The notes beneath the pieces were generated by a model. That model was given only the letters and a program-made list of their open reading frames with translations. It ran no database searches and was not told where the DNA came from. From Candidatus Saccharimonadota bacterium (GTDB lineage: Bacteria; Patescibacteriota; Saccharimonadia; Saccharimonadales; Saccharimonadaceae): a DNA stretch of 32,000 nucleotides. The stretch spans positions 404,017 to 436,016 of the forward strand of contig DIRZ01000003.1 in assembly GCA_002421785.1 (NCBI GenBank), written 5' to 3'. This document shows positions 1 to 9,057 of the stretch, piece by piece (the stretch's first letter is position 1; every line of letters starts with the position of its first letter). Both the position numbers and the translations under genes were made by a program.

Positions 1-1884
1 CCCTCGCTCACCATGCCTTCGTGCATACTCCCCGCCGCCAATCATCATCAACGCGTTAACCGCCGTCAATACGATAATCGTCGTATTGGTCGCCCAGTGA
101 TAATGTTGTCCCAAACTAGCAAGCACTGCGAGCACTGCCGCGTTGCCAAAAACAATCATTATGTCCACGCGCTCGCGAATCACGATAAAGTAACAGGTTG
201 CAGCAAGGATAATCCACCAGGCTGCACCCCACAGGCCACCAAGTAGCGGCGCCATTACTCCCATTATCATCAGCCAAACGCCGACATATGAATATATGAC
301 CGCAGCCTCACCCACGTGGCCGGGGCGCATAACACGGACTCCAAACAGTGCGATGAGCATCAGGACATAGGTGATGAATAGCTGCTGGGTTTCAATGACA
401 GGGCTGGCGACAAACTTACCAACCAGAAGCGGCAATACTGTCAGGCCTAGCAGAAGCGGTATCCCAAACTCGAATCGCCGTAGACGAATTAAGGCATACA
501 TCGCCACTAGTACGATTGCGACGTATTCAACAGTCATAATAAACGCATTCCCAGGATTCGTAACATCTAGTACCATGCCCGTTGCCAAAAGCGCGACGCC
601 GAAACCTATCCACTGCATAATTTCGTGATGACTATCGCCAGCCCGCAAGCGGGGCGCAAGGAAAGCAGTCGACGATACCGCATTCACGAGGCCTGCAGCA
701 GCAAGTGCATAGCTCATCATCACCCAGGAGTTGTCGGTGAGTGCCGCAACGAATGATACCGCCGCGATAATCATAATACAGCGTGCAACAACCCAGTACG
801 TGGTTCGTAATGCAGTAGTACTCGCAATGACTGCCTGCGCCACATAATACAGCGCAGCGACACTAAATACAGCCGCATATTCACCGGCTGTCATTGTCCA
901 AAATGAAAATACCGCTCCGGTCAAAGCTACAGGTACGGCCACAGGGCTGGTTTTGACGATTGGCTCTGCAAATTCCTGGGGTATCCACGCGTATTTATAG
1001 TGCGCCAAAAGCGTCAGGAACGAACCGAACGCGATCATCACCACGTAATACCACATAATCTGCGCATGGCCGACTGCTGGCAGTGTGCACGAGAAGATAA
1101 AAAGCGATAAGATGGACACATACGCAAGCAGCTGGCTTTTCATAGCCATGGTCGCGTGAATATACATAGCAGATCCAATGAGTGACGTCACGAGCCAACA
1201 GGTTGCAGCGTCTTTAGTGACAAGGTAATACATCGTGATGCCAGCGATTGGCACCGCTGCAAGCGCCGTGCCAATAAAAGCAACTGCGGCAGGCTTAAGA
1301 ATTGGCACGTGCCGATTGATGACAAAGCCAGCCACATAGAATACGAATATCATGAGCCAAACGATGGCGAACTTCACCCCATTGCCAAGGCCGATGGTTT
1401 GTGCGAGCAGAATAATACCCGACACCAGCAATAGACTCGCCACATACAACGCAATGTTGATGGTGTGACTTCGGTTTCGCTCACGGCGCTCATCGTTCGT
1501 AATGGCAGTAGGGGCGAACGGCTGGCCAATATAGGTAGTATCGGCATTTGGACTGTCAAGTGTCGTCACATACCCATAGGGACTCATTTGTAATGGGACA
1601 TCAACATAATTGAGGGATGGGTCGGCTACCGCGGCTTCTGCCGGTGCGGCATAGTCCCCTGCTGCATATGTCGCAGGCATGGCAGGCTCAGGACTAATCG
1701 CAGGCTCTGGCTTAGGAGGCTCGGGTGAAATACCGTGCTTCTGCTCAGTCGCCCTTACGCCATCCCAGTAGCCCTGCCGGTACGATATGCTGTAATAATC
1801 CAGCGTATCAGGCTGCTTGCCACTACGCGATACTAGCGCAATTACCAGTACGATAACCACAATAAATAGCAAAAATTCTAACAC
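1..1884 (-). CDS. Polytopic membrane protein of unknown family (partial; C-terminus lies beyond the left window edge)
   Basis: Absent from the ORF track because it runs off the window. My translation of the minus strand from GTG (complement of 1882-1884) stays open for all 628 codons down to position 1. It begins VLEFLLFIVVIVLVIALVS, continues with a Pro/Ala-rich linker (SPEPPKPEPAISPEPAMPA), then more than 10 hydrophobic helices. An AAGGGGTGA Shine-Dalgarno-like run and TATAAT (complement of 1900-1905) lie upstream. No family recognised. Confidence 0.6.
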   Translation of the reverse strand, partial: MLEFLLFIVVIVLVIALVSRSGKQPDTLDYYSISYRQGYWDGVRATEQKHGISPEPPKPEPAISPEPAMPATYAAGDYAAPAEAAVADPSLNYVDVPLQMSPYGYVTTLDSPNADTTYIGQPFAPTAITNDERRERNRSHTINIALYVASLLLVSGIILLAQTIGLGNGVKFAIVWLMIFVFYVAGFVINRHVPILKPAAVAFIGTALAAVPIAGITMYYLVTKDAATCWLVTSLIGSAMYIHATMAMKSQLLAYVSILSLFIFSCTLPAVGHAQIMWYYVVMIAFGSFLTLLAHYKYAWIPQEFAEPIVKTSPVAVPVALTGAVFSFWTMTAGEYAAVFSVAALYYVAQAVIASTTALRTTYWVVARCIMIIAAVSFVAALTDNSWVMMSYALAAAGLVNAVSSTAFLAPRLRAGDSHHEIMQWIGFGVALLATGMVLDVTNPGNAFIMTVEYVAIVLVAMYALIRLRRFEFGIPLLLGLTVLPLLVGKFVASPVIETQQLFITYVLMLIALFGVRVMRPGHVGEAAVIYSYVGVWLMIMGVMAPLLGGLWGAAWWIILAATCYFIVIRERVDIMIVFGNAAVLAVLASLGQHYHWATNTTIIVLTAVNALMMIGGGEYARRHGERG

Positions 1885-1943
1885 CCCTGGTCACCCCTTA
1901 TTATAGCCATAATGGTTATAGTATATCAGTTATGAAGGAGTTT

Positions 1944-3050
1944 TTATGAAAACAGGCTATGCTTTTTTGCAGAATCAAACTGCTCGAGTAAATCACGCTG
2001 TTTTTTACTCAATTTAGTGGGTGTGTCCACTACAATACTCACAATGTGTGCACCGCGCGCTTCGCCGCGTAAATGCGGTACGCCATGGCCACTCAGCTTA
2101 AAGTCAGTGCCGCTTTGTGTACCCGCGGGAACCTTCATCGTCACTGTACCATCAACGGTCTCGACATCAATTTCCGTCCCGAGTGCCGCTGCAACCATAT
2201 CAACATGCTCTTCGCTGAGCACTAAGTAACCTTCACGCGTAAACTTCTTGTGGGCTTTGACCCGTATATGAACGTACAAATCGCCCTTGGCTCCGCCGCC
2301 GATTGCCTCGCCGCGCTCACGCAAGCGAATCGTCGCGCCATCATCGATGCCGGCGGGTATTTTAACCGTCACACTCACCGTCCGGCGCTCCGTTCCCTTG
2401 CCGCGACACACACTGCACACAACTTCTGGCACTTTGCCTTTGCCTTTACAGGTTTCGCAGGTTACAGCCTGTTGAATTTGTCCGAACATCGTATTCATCA
2501 GTCGCACCTGTTGTCCGGCACCCTTACAGGCCTCACACGTCTTTAAGCTATGGCCTGGTTCGACTGTTGTCCCATGGCAGTGGCTACACTCGTCGTCCAA
2601 ATTCATAGACAGCTTTTCTTCTTTTCCAAATACCGCCTCTTCAAATGTCAGGGTGACGCTCGTCTCTACGTCACGGCCCCTCGTGGGGCCGTAGGGCTGT
2701 TGGGCCCCGCCGCCAAAGAACTGGCTAAAGATATCTCCAAAGCCGCCCGCGCCATTGAAGTCAAAGTGAACGTCTTGCCCGTTGAAGTTAAAGCCTTCGA
2801 ACGGATTGCCACCCGCACCACCACCGGCGCCACCGCCCACACCCGCGTGACCAAACTGATCATAACGCTGGCGTTTTTGCTGGTCTTTCAAGACCTCATA
2901 GGCCTCGTTGATTTCCTTGAACTTAGCTTCATCGCCACCCTCTTTGTCAGGGTGGTGTTTCACGGCAGCTTTGCGAAACGCCTTCTTAATTTCATCTGCA
3001 CTGGCTGTTTTTGACACACCAAGCACTTCGTAATAATCACGTTTAGTCAT
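1944..3050 (-). CDS. dnaJ: Molecular chaperone DnaJ (Hsp40)
   Basis: J-domain with HPD (DYYEVLGV...HHPDK), a Gly/Phe-rich linker, and four CxxCxGxG zinc-finger repeats ([32 protein letters not shown]). C-terminal client-binding domains follow. Confidence 0.96.
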   Translation of the reverse strand: MTKRDYYEVLGVSKTASADEIKKAFRKAAVKHHPDKEGGDEAKFKEINEAYEVLKDQQKRQRYDQFGHAGVGGGAGGGAGGNPFEGFNFNGQDVHFDFNGAGGFGDIFSQFFGGGAQQPYGPTRGRDVETSVTLTFEEAVFGKEEKLSMNLDDECSHCHGTTVEPGHSLKTCEACKGAGQQVRLMNTMFGQIQQAVTCETCKGKGKVPEVVCSVCRGKGTERRTVSVTVKIPAGIDDGATIRLRERGEAIGGGAKGDLYVHIRVKAHKKFTREGYLVLSEEHVDMVAAALGTEIDVETVDGTVTMKVPAGTQSGTDFKLSGHGVPHLRGEARGAHIVSIVVDTPTKLSKKQRDLLEQFDSAKKHSLFS

Positions 3051-3060
3051 ATCTGTTATA

Positions 3061-3089
3061 AGTATAGTAAACTAGCACTCGAAATACAA
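3061..3089 (-). promoter_or_regulatory. Putative dnaJ promoter embedded in CIRCE
   Basis: Read on the minus strand: TTGTAT (complement of 3084-3089, inside the CIRCE spacer), exactly 17 nt, then TATACT (complement of 3061-3066), then 10 nt to the ATG at 3050. No Shine-Dalgarno in between. Confidence 0.45.
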
Positions 3090-3098
3090 GAGTGCTAA
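3072..3098 (-). promoter_or_regulatory. CIRCE operator (HrcA binding site) upstream of dnaJ
   Basis: CTAGCACTC-N9-GAGTGCTAA matches 17 of 18 positions of the CIRCE consensus TTAGCACTC-N9-GAGTGCTAA. It lies 22 nt upstream of the dnaJ ATG and 1 nt from the stop of the upstream gene. Confidence 0.88.
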
Positions 3099-3099
3099 C

Positions 3100-4746
3100 C
3101 TAAAAATGCTGACGGATGTGATTGAAGCTATATTCCCACGTTGCATCGGTTTTCTTGTGCGGGTTGAAGATGTTAAGTGGATCATACAGTTGCTTTATCT
3201 CTTTCATATAGCCAAGAACGTTCGGGCTATACATCGCCGAAAGCCATGGGCCACGAATCATGCCGTCGTTATGTTCCCCACTCACGCTCCCTCCATATTT
3301 TATGACCAGGGTGTTCACTTCTTTCATGGCAGGTTCGAACTTGGCGCGTTCCGCCGGGTCTTCAATTTTCATGAGCGGTATAACATGGAAATTTCCATCG
3401 CCAAGATGGCCAGCAATCGTTGCGAGCAACTTGTACTTTTTCACAATCTCACGCAGCTGCGGCAAGAACTCGCTCAGGCGTGCCGGTGGCACAATCAAGT
3501 CATCAATAAATGGCGCAGTGTGCTTGTCCTTCACCTTACTGCGCAGCAAGTTAAAGCTTTCGCGTCGCATCAACCAAAATTTACGTCCGGCCGCCTCTGT
3601 GGCATCTTCTTCCATATAGCTAAAGTTATGGCCTGCCAAGTGCTGTTTTGCCGTATGAATCTTCACTTTTACCTCATCTGCGCTGTTGCCAGTAAATTCG
3701 ATGAGCAAAATGAGCTTTGGCACTCCACGAAACAATGCCAGACCATCTGGAATCAGCTGCAGACACATTACCATCCACGTTACAAAACCCAGTCGCTTAA
3801 TAAATGCAAAGATAAATTTAAAGCTGAGCCACAAGGTATTGTCGTCAAAACATTCAAACGTCGCAGGTTTTTCTGCGAGCACTGCTGGAATGACTTCCCC
3901 CAGGTTATCAATCGATTTCATGTAGCAAACGAGCGTGCCGCTGTGGCTCGGCTTGGGAACCAGCGAAAGCGTTGACTCTGTGGTAATTCCCAGCGTTCCC
4001 TGCGCGCCAACAAACAATTTTGTTAAGTCAAAAATACCCGTATCTCGGTTCCAAATGTTCCATAGGTGATAACCGGTAGAATCTTTGCTGACCTTTGGGG
4101 CTGCGGCTCTAATTTCATCATAATGGCCGTCCAGTAGTTCGAACGTTCGTCGATACAAATTGCCTTCAAATGTGTCTTGTCCCATCTTGGCGTTCAACTC
4201 ATCGCGCGTGAGTGGCTTCACCTCATACTCATTGCCATCGCTCAAAACAACGCGCAGATGAGTCACGAAGTTGTCGGTCTTACCAAACTGGAGCGACTTT
4301 TCGCCACCGCTGTTATTATTCACGATTCCACCCATGCCCGCGAGCTCACGGCTTGCGGGGTAGCTAGGCAATATGCTGCCATGCTTCAGCGTTTCAACTT
4401 CGAAATCTTTATACATCGCCCCTGGCTGTGTCGTTGCGGATTCAGCGGAAACATTCGTGACGGCGGTCATATGACGACTGGTATCGACAATAATCGAATC
4501 GTTGATTGCCGCCCCTGACATATCCGTTCCGCGCGAGCGTGCCGTGAGGCTTAGGTTGGGGACGTCTTTTTTATGCTCAGCAACAAATGCTACCAGTGCT
4601 TTAATGTCATCGCCACTTTTAGGGAATACCACGACCTGAGGCTTTAACTCAAATAAGCTTGCGTCATGACTGTAGAATTCTCTGGTTTCATCACTTGCGT
4701 CAACGTCGCCTTGAAGAATCTTGCTTAGCTCACCCGGTAGATCCAT
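3100..4746 (-). CDS. FAD-linked oxidase/dehydrogenase (GlcD / D-lactate dehydrogenase-like)
   Basis: N-terminal FAD_binding_4-like features (VVFPKSGDDIKALVAFV, ARSRGTDMSGAAI). C-terminal FAD-oxidase signature (GGSVSGEHNDGMIRGPW). 548 aa with an ATG start. Confidence 0.75.
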   Translation of the reverse strand: MDLPGELSKILQGDVDASDETREFYSHDASLFELKPQVVVFPKSGDDIKALVAFVAEHKKDVPNLSLTARSRGTDMSGAAINDSIIVDTSRHMTAVTNVSAESATTQPGAMYKDFEVETLKHGSILPSYPASRELAGMGGIVNNNSGGEKSLQFGKTDNFVTHLRVVLSDGNEYEVKPLTRDELNAKMGQDTFEGNLYRRTFELLDGHYDEIRAAAPKVSKDSTGYHLWNIWNRDTGIFDLTKLFVGAQGTLGITTESTLSLVPKPSHSGTLVCYMKSIDNLGEVIPAVLAEKPATFECFDDNTLWLSFKFIFAFIKRLGFVTWMVMCLQLIPDGLALFRGVPKLILLIEFTGNSADEVKVKIHTAKQHLAGHNFSYMEEDATEAAGRKFWLMRRESFNLLRSKVKDKHTAPFIDDLIVPPARLSEFLPQLREIVKKYKLLATIAGHLGDGNFHVIPLMKIEDPAERAKFEPAMKEVNTLVIKYGGSVSGEHNDGMIRGPWLSAMYSPNVLGYMKEIKQLYDPLNIFNPHKKTDATWEYSFNHIRQHF

Positions 4747-4807
4747 ATATCTTTATGGTACCCGCTCGCTAGCAAAAGCACAAGCATTATCGTACCCTTG
4801 CTGCAGA

Positions 4808-4816
4808 TGCTATACT
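4808..4816 (+). promoter_or_regulatory. Extended -10 element (TGCTATACT) 6 nt upstream of the FKBP start codon; leaderless-type promoter
   Basis: TGn-TATACT at 4808-4816, then ACAGCT, then the ATG at 4823. There is no purine-rich SD. Confidence 0.45.
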
Positions 4817-4822
4817 ACAGCT

Positions 4823-5197
4823 ATGGCATATGAAGGAACAAAACTAGCAGATTTCGCGCCCCTCGACCGAGTAAGCGAACTACAAATCATTGATATCGAG
4901 GAAGGCACTGGCGCTGTCGTGCAACCAGGCGCAACCATCACCGCCCACTATACGGGCGCACTCTGTAAAAACGGTATTATTTTCCAAAGTAGTCACGACT
5001 TTGGCAAACCGATTTCGTTCGGGCTCAACCAGGTGATTCGCGGATGGACCGACGGCGTACCGGGCATGAAGGTGGGTGGCATGCGACGACTCATTATCCC
5101 AAGTGACATGGCCTACGGTTCAGCGCGCGCGGCCAGTAACATTCCGCCAAACAGCGATCTGGTCTTTGATATCGAGCTCGTGGATATTGCAGGCTAA
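4823..5197 (+). CDS. FKBP-type peptidyl-prolyl cis-trans isomerase
   Basis: The track ORF starts at a TTG (4721) that overlaps the divergent gene, so I prefer the ATG at 4823 (MAYEGTKL...). FKBP_C signature: ITAHYTGAL..G..F.SS...GKPISFGLNQVIRGWTDGVPGMKVGGMRRLIIPSDMAYG...IPPNSDLVFDIELVDI. Confidence 0.85.
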   Translation: MAYEGTKLADFAPLDRVSELQIIDIEEGTGAVVQPGATITAHYTGALCKNGIIFQSSHDFGKPISFGLNQVIRGWTDGVPGMKVGGMRRLIIPSDMAYGSARAASNIPPNSDLVFDIELVDIAG

Positions 5198-5199
5198 TA

Positions 5200-5976
5200 A
5201 TGGACGCGCCAACGCCTCATCAGCCTCACGGGCAGCCACATATACCTACCGCAGTCGTGCCCGCCCCTTATACCGATAGCTACGGTATTGCGAGCATCGT
5301 CCTAGCGCTATTCGCGTTCACCATTCCGGGCCTTGTCGTCGGCCTAATTGGCGCGAGCAAAGCCAAACGCATGCGTGTTTCTCCAGCCGTCTCGCGCGTG
5401 GGCTGGATACTAAACCTCGTCTTCCTAGTCATCTCTACCGTCATTCTTATTGCCGTCATTGCGTTCGTCGTTTCACATCCCGAAGAAATCAAGTCTGAGC
5501 TCTCATCGCTCAAAGATGCCTCCCGAACAACTGTTGCAGCCGGGGGTGCACGACTACTGGTGCCTATTTCTTTCGAGTCTATCGCAGAAGATTACCCTGA
5601 CGCCGATATTGCCCAGGGTGATTTATTTAGCGAAGCCTATGTCATTACGTACCGTGAGTCGAGCGCTGACATTGCATCAAACACAACAGTGAGTGACCAC
5701 GCAAACCTGTCGTATCAGCAATTTATAGCTGACCCCGGATATAGCGAACAGTCCCGCACGCAGCTTACTGCCGGGAAGGTGGCCAATCCTTACGGCTACG
5801 AAATTGCTGACTATCGTATTGACGCAACCTATGAAGGACACAAGTATGTCTACGTCATACGTTATGTACGAACCGCCCAAAGCTATTACACAGTAATGAG
5901 CTGGACCATGCCAAGCCACCTTGACGACAACCAGACAACGCTCTACAACATCTTGGGGTCTTTCCAGGAACTATAG
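5200..5976 (+). CDS. Membrane-anchored protein with DUF4190-like N-terminal helices and an unknown extracytoplasmic domain
   Basis: The ATG lies 2 nt after the FKBP stop. The N-terminus YGIASIVLALFAFTIPGLVVGLIGASKAKRM plus a second TM helix resembles DUF4190. The remainder (about 150 aa) is unrecognised. Confidence 0.6.
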   Translation: MDAPTPHQPHGQPHIPTAVVPAPYTDSYGIASIVLALFAFTIPGLVVGLIGASKAKRMRVSPAVSRVGWILNLVFLVISTVILIAVIAFVVSHPEEIKSELSSLKDASRTTVAAGGARLLVPISFESIAEDYPDADIAQGDLFSEAYVITYRESSADIASNTTVSDHANLSYQQFIADPGYSEQSRTQLTAGKVANPYGYEIADYRIDATYEGHKYVYVIRYVRTAQSYYTVMSWTMPSHLDDNQTTLYNILGSFQEL

Positions 5977-6013
5977 TCCGCGTCTTATTGTGGTAATGTT
6001 TTACCCAGCGCGC

Positions 6014-6019
6014 TATACT
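6014..6019 (+). promoter_or_regulatory. -10 hexamer TATACT 7 nt upstream of the ATG at 6027 (leaderless-type)
   Basis: GCGCTATACT-AGCTGCA-ATG with no SD. Confidence 0.4.
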
Positions 6020-6026
6020 AGCTGCA

Positions 6027-7124
6027 ATGGAACCCTTCTTTCGTACTACTGGCGTCATACTCGGTACACTTCGTGCCGAGTATCGCCAACTCGCAAATCG
6101 CTACTTTGGTACCGTGGAACGCCTACCTGGCGACGCGCGAGCCATTTGTCAGCAAACGGTTGATCGACTTTGGGAAGGTGATTTCTATCGAACCAGTCTG
6201 GGGCACTTTGATTTCTTTTGGATGCGAGATTTTGGCACCGTCGCACAATCTCTCGTGCGGCTAGGCGAAACAAAGCGCGTCCACCACACTCTGCAATTTG
6301 CCCTTCGTCACTATCGACGGGCAGGTGCGGTCACACTATGTATCGACTCGGTCGGCAACTGTTTTGATGCTCCGGGCAAAAGCATTGATGCGCTCCCATG
6401 GCTGCTTCACAGCCTTCATGTCAGCGGCTACGAACTCAACAAGTCAGACATAACGTTCCTACACAGGGAGCTTCGTCGCTACCGGAAAAAGTATCTCGAC
6501 GATAATGGCCACATACGAAGTATGAAGTATGCCGAGATGCGTGACGCCGTGATACACGACCGTAGCGCCTACTCCGTGGCACTGGTGGCGCGGCTGGCCT
6601 ACTGTAGCGAGCAACTCCAGCTTGAATTTCCTTACAAAATGAGCCAATACCGTGAAAAGTTAATAGCTCATTACTGGAACGGACACTACTTTAATGCAGC
6701 CTATCGAAACACCGCATTTAGCGCCGAGTGCGCGCTCTTCCCGTTTTTCCTGGGCATCGTGGATGACGCAACAATGGCCGGCCAAACATTCGATTACATT
6801 AATCAGCAGCGTCTCAATGAGCCCTACCCACTCATTTACACCAACACGCCAGAAAAGTTTCGCTACAACTGGTGGATGACCGGACCTTGGATGCCAAATT
6901 ATCAAGGAGATACCATATGGAGCTGGCACGGGGAATACTACCTCCATTTACTCAAGCGATACAAGCGCCCTGAATACAAGCGAGAGTATAAAAAATTCTC
7001 TGAAATGATTGAATTACACGGAAGTTTTCCAGAAATGCTTAACCTCGATGGAAGCTGGTATAACGCACCAGTATACAAGGGCGATCCTGGCATGGTCTGG
7101 GCAGCATTATTTCTGGAGCTCTAG
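6027..7124 (+). CDS. Six-hairpin (alpha/alpha)6 glycosidase-like protein (GDE_C/GH15/GH63-like), paralogue 1
   Basis: FDFFWMRDFG motif typical of (alpha/alpha)6-barrel glycosidases. The C-terminus has DTIWSWHGEYYLHLL and GSFPEMLNLDG. It shares these blocks with the 11134-12603 product. The family call rests on motif memory only. Confidence 0.55.
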   Translation: MEPFFRTTGVILGTLRAEYRQLANRYFGTVERLPGDARAICQQTVDRLWEGDFYRTSLGHFDFFWMRDFGTVAQSLVRLGETKRVHHTLQFALRHYRRAGAVTLCIDSVGNCFDAPGKSIDALPWLLHSLHVSGYELNKSDITFLHRELRRYRKKYLDDNGHIRSMKYAEMRDAVIHDRSAYSVALVARLAYCSEQLQLEFPYKMSQYREKLIAHYWNGHYFNAAYRNTAFSAECALFPFFLGIVDDATMAGQTFDYINQQRLNEPYPLIYTNTPEKFRYNWWMTGPWMPNYQGDTIWSWHGEYYLHLLKRYKRPEYKREYKKFSEMIELHGSFPEMLNLDGSWYNAPVYKGDPGMVWAALFLEL

Positions 7125-7166
7125 CATCGACCGGCCGCAGGGCCTGAATATTTACTCTAAGTAGGC

Positions 7167-7172
7167 TATAAT
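7167..7172 (+). promoter_or_regulatory. -10 hexamer TATAAT 6 nt upstream of the ATG at 7179 (leaderless-type)
   Basis: GGCTATAAT-TTTACT-ATG with no SD. Confidence 0.45.
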
Positions 7173-7178
7173 TTTACT

Positions 7179-8384
7179 ATGCGCATTGCAATCTTTACCG
7201 ATGTTTACCTTCCCCTCCGTGGCGGTACCCAAACATCAATCCACAACCAAAAACTCATGCTTGAACAGGCGGGACATTCTGTCACTATTTTCACGACACC
7301 CCATCCTGATGCTGAAGGACGAGCCGACATTGTGACAGTACAAGGCGTTAACTTCACTACCAAACGTGGCGAACAGCTCCAGCTCACAATGCCCACCCCT
7401 ACCAGACAAATCCGTAACGAGTTATTAAGCCGTCAGATAGAACTCGTTCACGTCCAGACAGATTTCGGTATTGGTATTAGTGGAGCGGCGGCTGCCAAAA
7501 AACTGAATCTGCCGCTTGTCTACACATTTCACACTCTCCTTTGGGAGCAGATTGAAACACGGCCTCGCGGCGAGCAGCTTGCCGTCCACTTGTTCGAAGC
7601 TCCGATGCAAAAGACACTTACCGTACCCGAGAACTTCCATGTCGAACGTTTGCCCGGCGAACGCTCATACGCCTACAAATTCCGCCGACACGTTTGCCTT
7701 CTTGCCAGTCAAGCAGATGTCGTTATATCGCCATCACCACACATGGCAGAAAAATTCAAAGCATGGCTTCCTGCGGGAACTATCGTCACATCGCCCAATA
7801 CCGTCACCACGCCGCCGCACCAACAAACACTGCCCGCGGTTCCCACGTTCCTATGGATGGGGCGCATGATGCCCGAAAAGCGCGTACTCGATTTTTGTCA
7901 CGCCATTCAACTCATTAGCAAGTACACAGACGGGGCATTCCACGCCGTCATTGTGGGCGATGGCAGCGACCTAGAGGAAGCCAGTGAGTTGCTGCGAGAA
8001 ACACCTCAAGCGACACTCGCTGGATCAATCCCCAACGAACACATTAACTCGTACATTGACAACGCAAGCGCGCTTGTCATGACATCCCAGGGATTCGATA
8101 ACCAACCAATGGTTATCACTGAAACAATTGTCGGAGGACGCGGTTTTGTGAGTATGGATAACGACCTCGTACAAGATGTCGCGCCTGGTGTGGGCGTGTT
8201 TCCTGGCGGCACTACACCTGACGACCTAGCGCGTTGCCTCGCCGAACTCATTGACAAGCCTCACCTCCTCCAACAAATGTCTGATACCGCTGCAGCTATC
8301 GCGCCCCACTACAACGCAGCGCAAGGGCTGGAGCGCCAACTAAACGCGTATCAACAAGCGCTACAGCACTTCCACCAAGCCTAA
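7179..8384 (+). CDS. GT-B fold glycosyltransferase, family 4-like
   Basis: The N-terminus MRIAIFTDVYLPLRGGTQTS is typical of the Glyco_transf_4 domain. The C-terminal half has a Glycos_transf_1-like core (FLWMGRMMPEKR..., SQGFDNQPMVITETIVGGRG). Confidence 0.8.
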   Translation: MRIAIFTDVYLPLRGGTQTSIHNQKLMLEQAGHSVTIFTTPHPDAEGRADIVTVQGVNFTTKRGEQLQLTMPTPTRQIRNELLSRQIELVHVQTDFGIGISGAAAAKKLNLPLVYTFHTLLWEQIETRPRGEQLAVHLFEAPMQKTLTVPENFHVERLPGERSYAYKFRRHVCLLASQADVVISPSPHMAEKFKAWLPAGTIVTSPNTVTTPPHQQTLPAVPTFLWMGRMMPEKRVLDFCHAIQLISKYTDGAFHAVIVGDGSDLEEASELLRETPQATLAGSIPNEHINSYIDNASALVMTSQGFDNQPMVITETIVGGRGFVSMDNDLVQDVAPGVGVFPGGTTPDDLARCLAELIDKPHLLQQMSDTAAAIAPHYNAAQGLERQLNAYQQALQHFHQA

Positions 8385-8418
8385 ACTTTCCTCGGCTGCA
8401 TTGCTCCAGAGCGAATCC

Positions 8419-8943
8419 CTAGGACCCCATGCAATAGTCGCCACCACTTTCAAGCCCGACAACAATGCGATATGCCCTTGCACTTTCAGTGCCATCACAG
8501 TTTACACCAGGAGTATAAACAGCAATGGTTGATGACGGCACCCCGCCGCCGGATACGGTGTCAATAACCGAGTAATCAAGCCCGTCTAGCCAACTTGCTT
8601 CCGGTAGCTCGCCCCGATAATTTGTCATGAAGTCCACTACCTCTGTACTCGCCAGGCTCACGTCTGCTTTGCGGCCAGTGTCGCGTTGACTGCGCTGGAG
8701 CGCAGGGATACCGATAAAGATCATCGCGAATATCAATATGCCCAGTAGCAACCCCAAGATTCCCGTGGCAAGCCCCGCAATTGCCATTCCGCGGCGAGCA
8801 GATTTCAGTGCAATAATACCAAAAATGATAGCAAGAATCGCCAGGATAGCCGACAAAAAAGGAACAAAACATAGCACAATCGAGATAATCCCCAAGACGA
8901 GCGCCGCAACTGCAAGGCCATTATTGTTGTTCTGTGGTGCCAT
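8419..8943 (-). CDS. DUF4190-type membrane protein with small extracytoplasmic C-terminal domain
   Basis: NGLAVAALVLGIISIVLCFVPFLSAILAILAIIFGIIALKSARRG plus further TM helices. A strong SD (AAAGGAGA) lies 8 nt upstream of the ATG at 8943. Confidence 0.7.
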   Translation of the reverse strand: MAPQNNNNGLAVAALVLGIISIVLCFVPFLSAILAILAIIFGIIALKSARRGMAIAGLATGILGLLLGILIFAMIFIGIPALQRSQRDTGRKADVSLASTEVVDFMTNYRGELPEASWLDGLDYSVIDTVSGGGVPSSTIAVYTPGVNCDGTESARAYRIVVGLESGGDYCMGS

Positions 8944-9013
8944 TACTGATATCTCCTTTGTTATTACTCTTCACTATACCGAAGTAACCCGCTAATCCCA
9001 AGCTTTCCCACGT

Positions 9014-9043
9014 AAAAAGAGTACGCAGATGCGTACTCTTTTT
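9014..9043 (-). terminator. Rho-independent terminator after dnaK
   Basis: AAAAAGAGTACGC-AGAT-GCGTACTCTTTTT forms a 13-nt perfect inverted repeat with a 4-nt loop, with U-runs on both strands. It lies 15 nt downstream of the dnaK stop. Confidence 0.75.
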
Positions 9044-9057
9044 CGTAAACGAGCTTC

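Noticed and set aside
2017-4518. Plus-strand ORFs of 60-289 aa overlapping dnaJ and the FAD oxidase (for example 2550-3014 and 3106-3975).
   Set aside because: They lie antisense to genes with unmistakable protein signatures. Their translations are low-complexity and Arg/Ser/Leu-rich without recognisable motifs, as expected for shadow ORFs.
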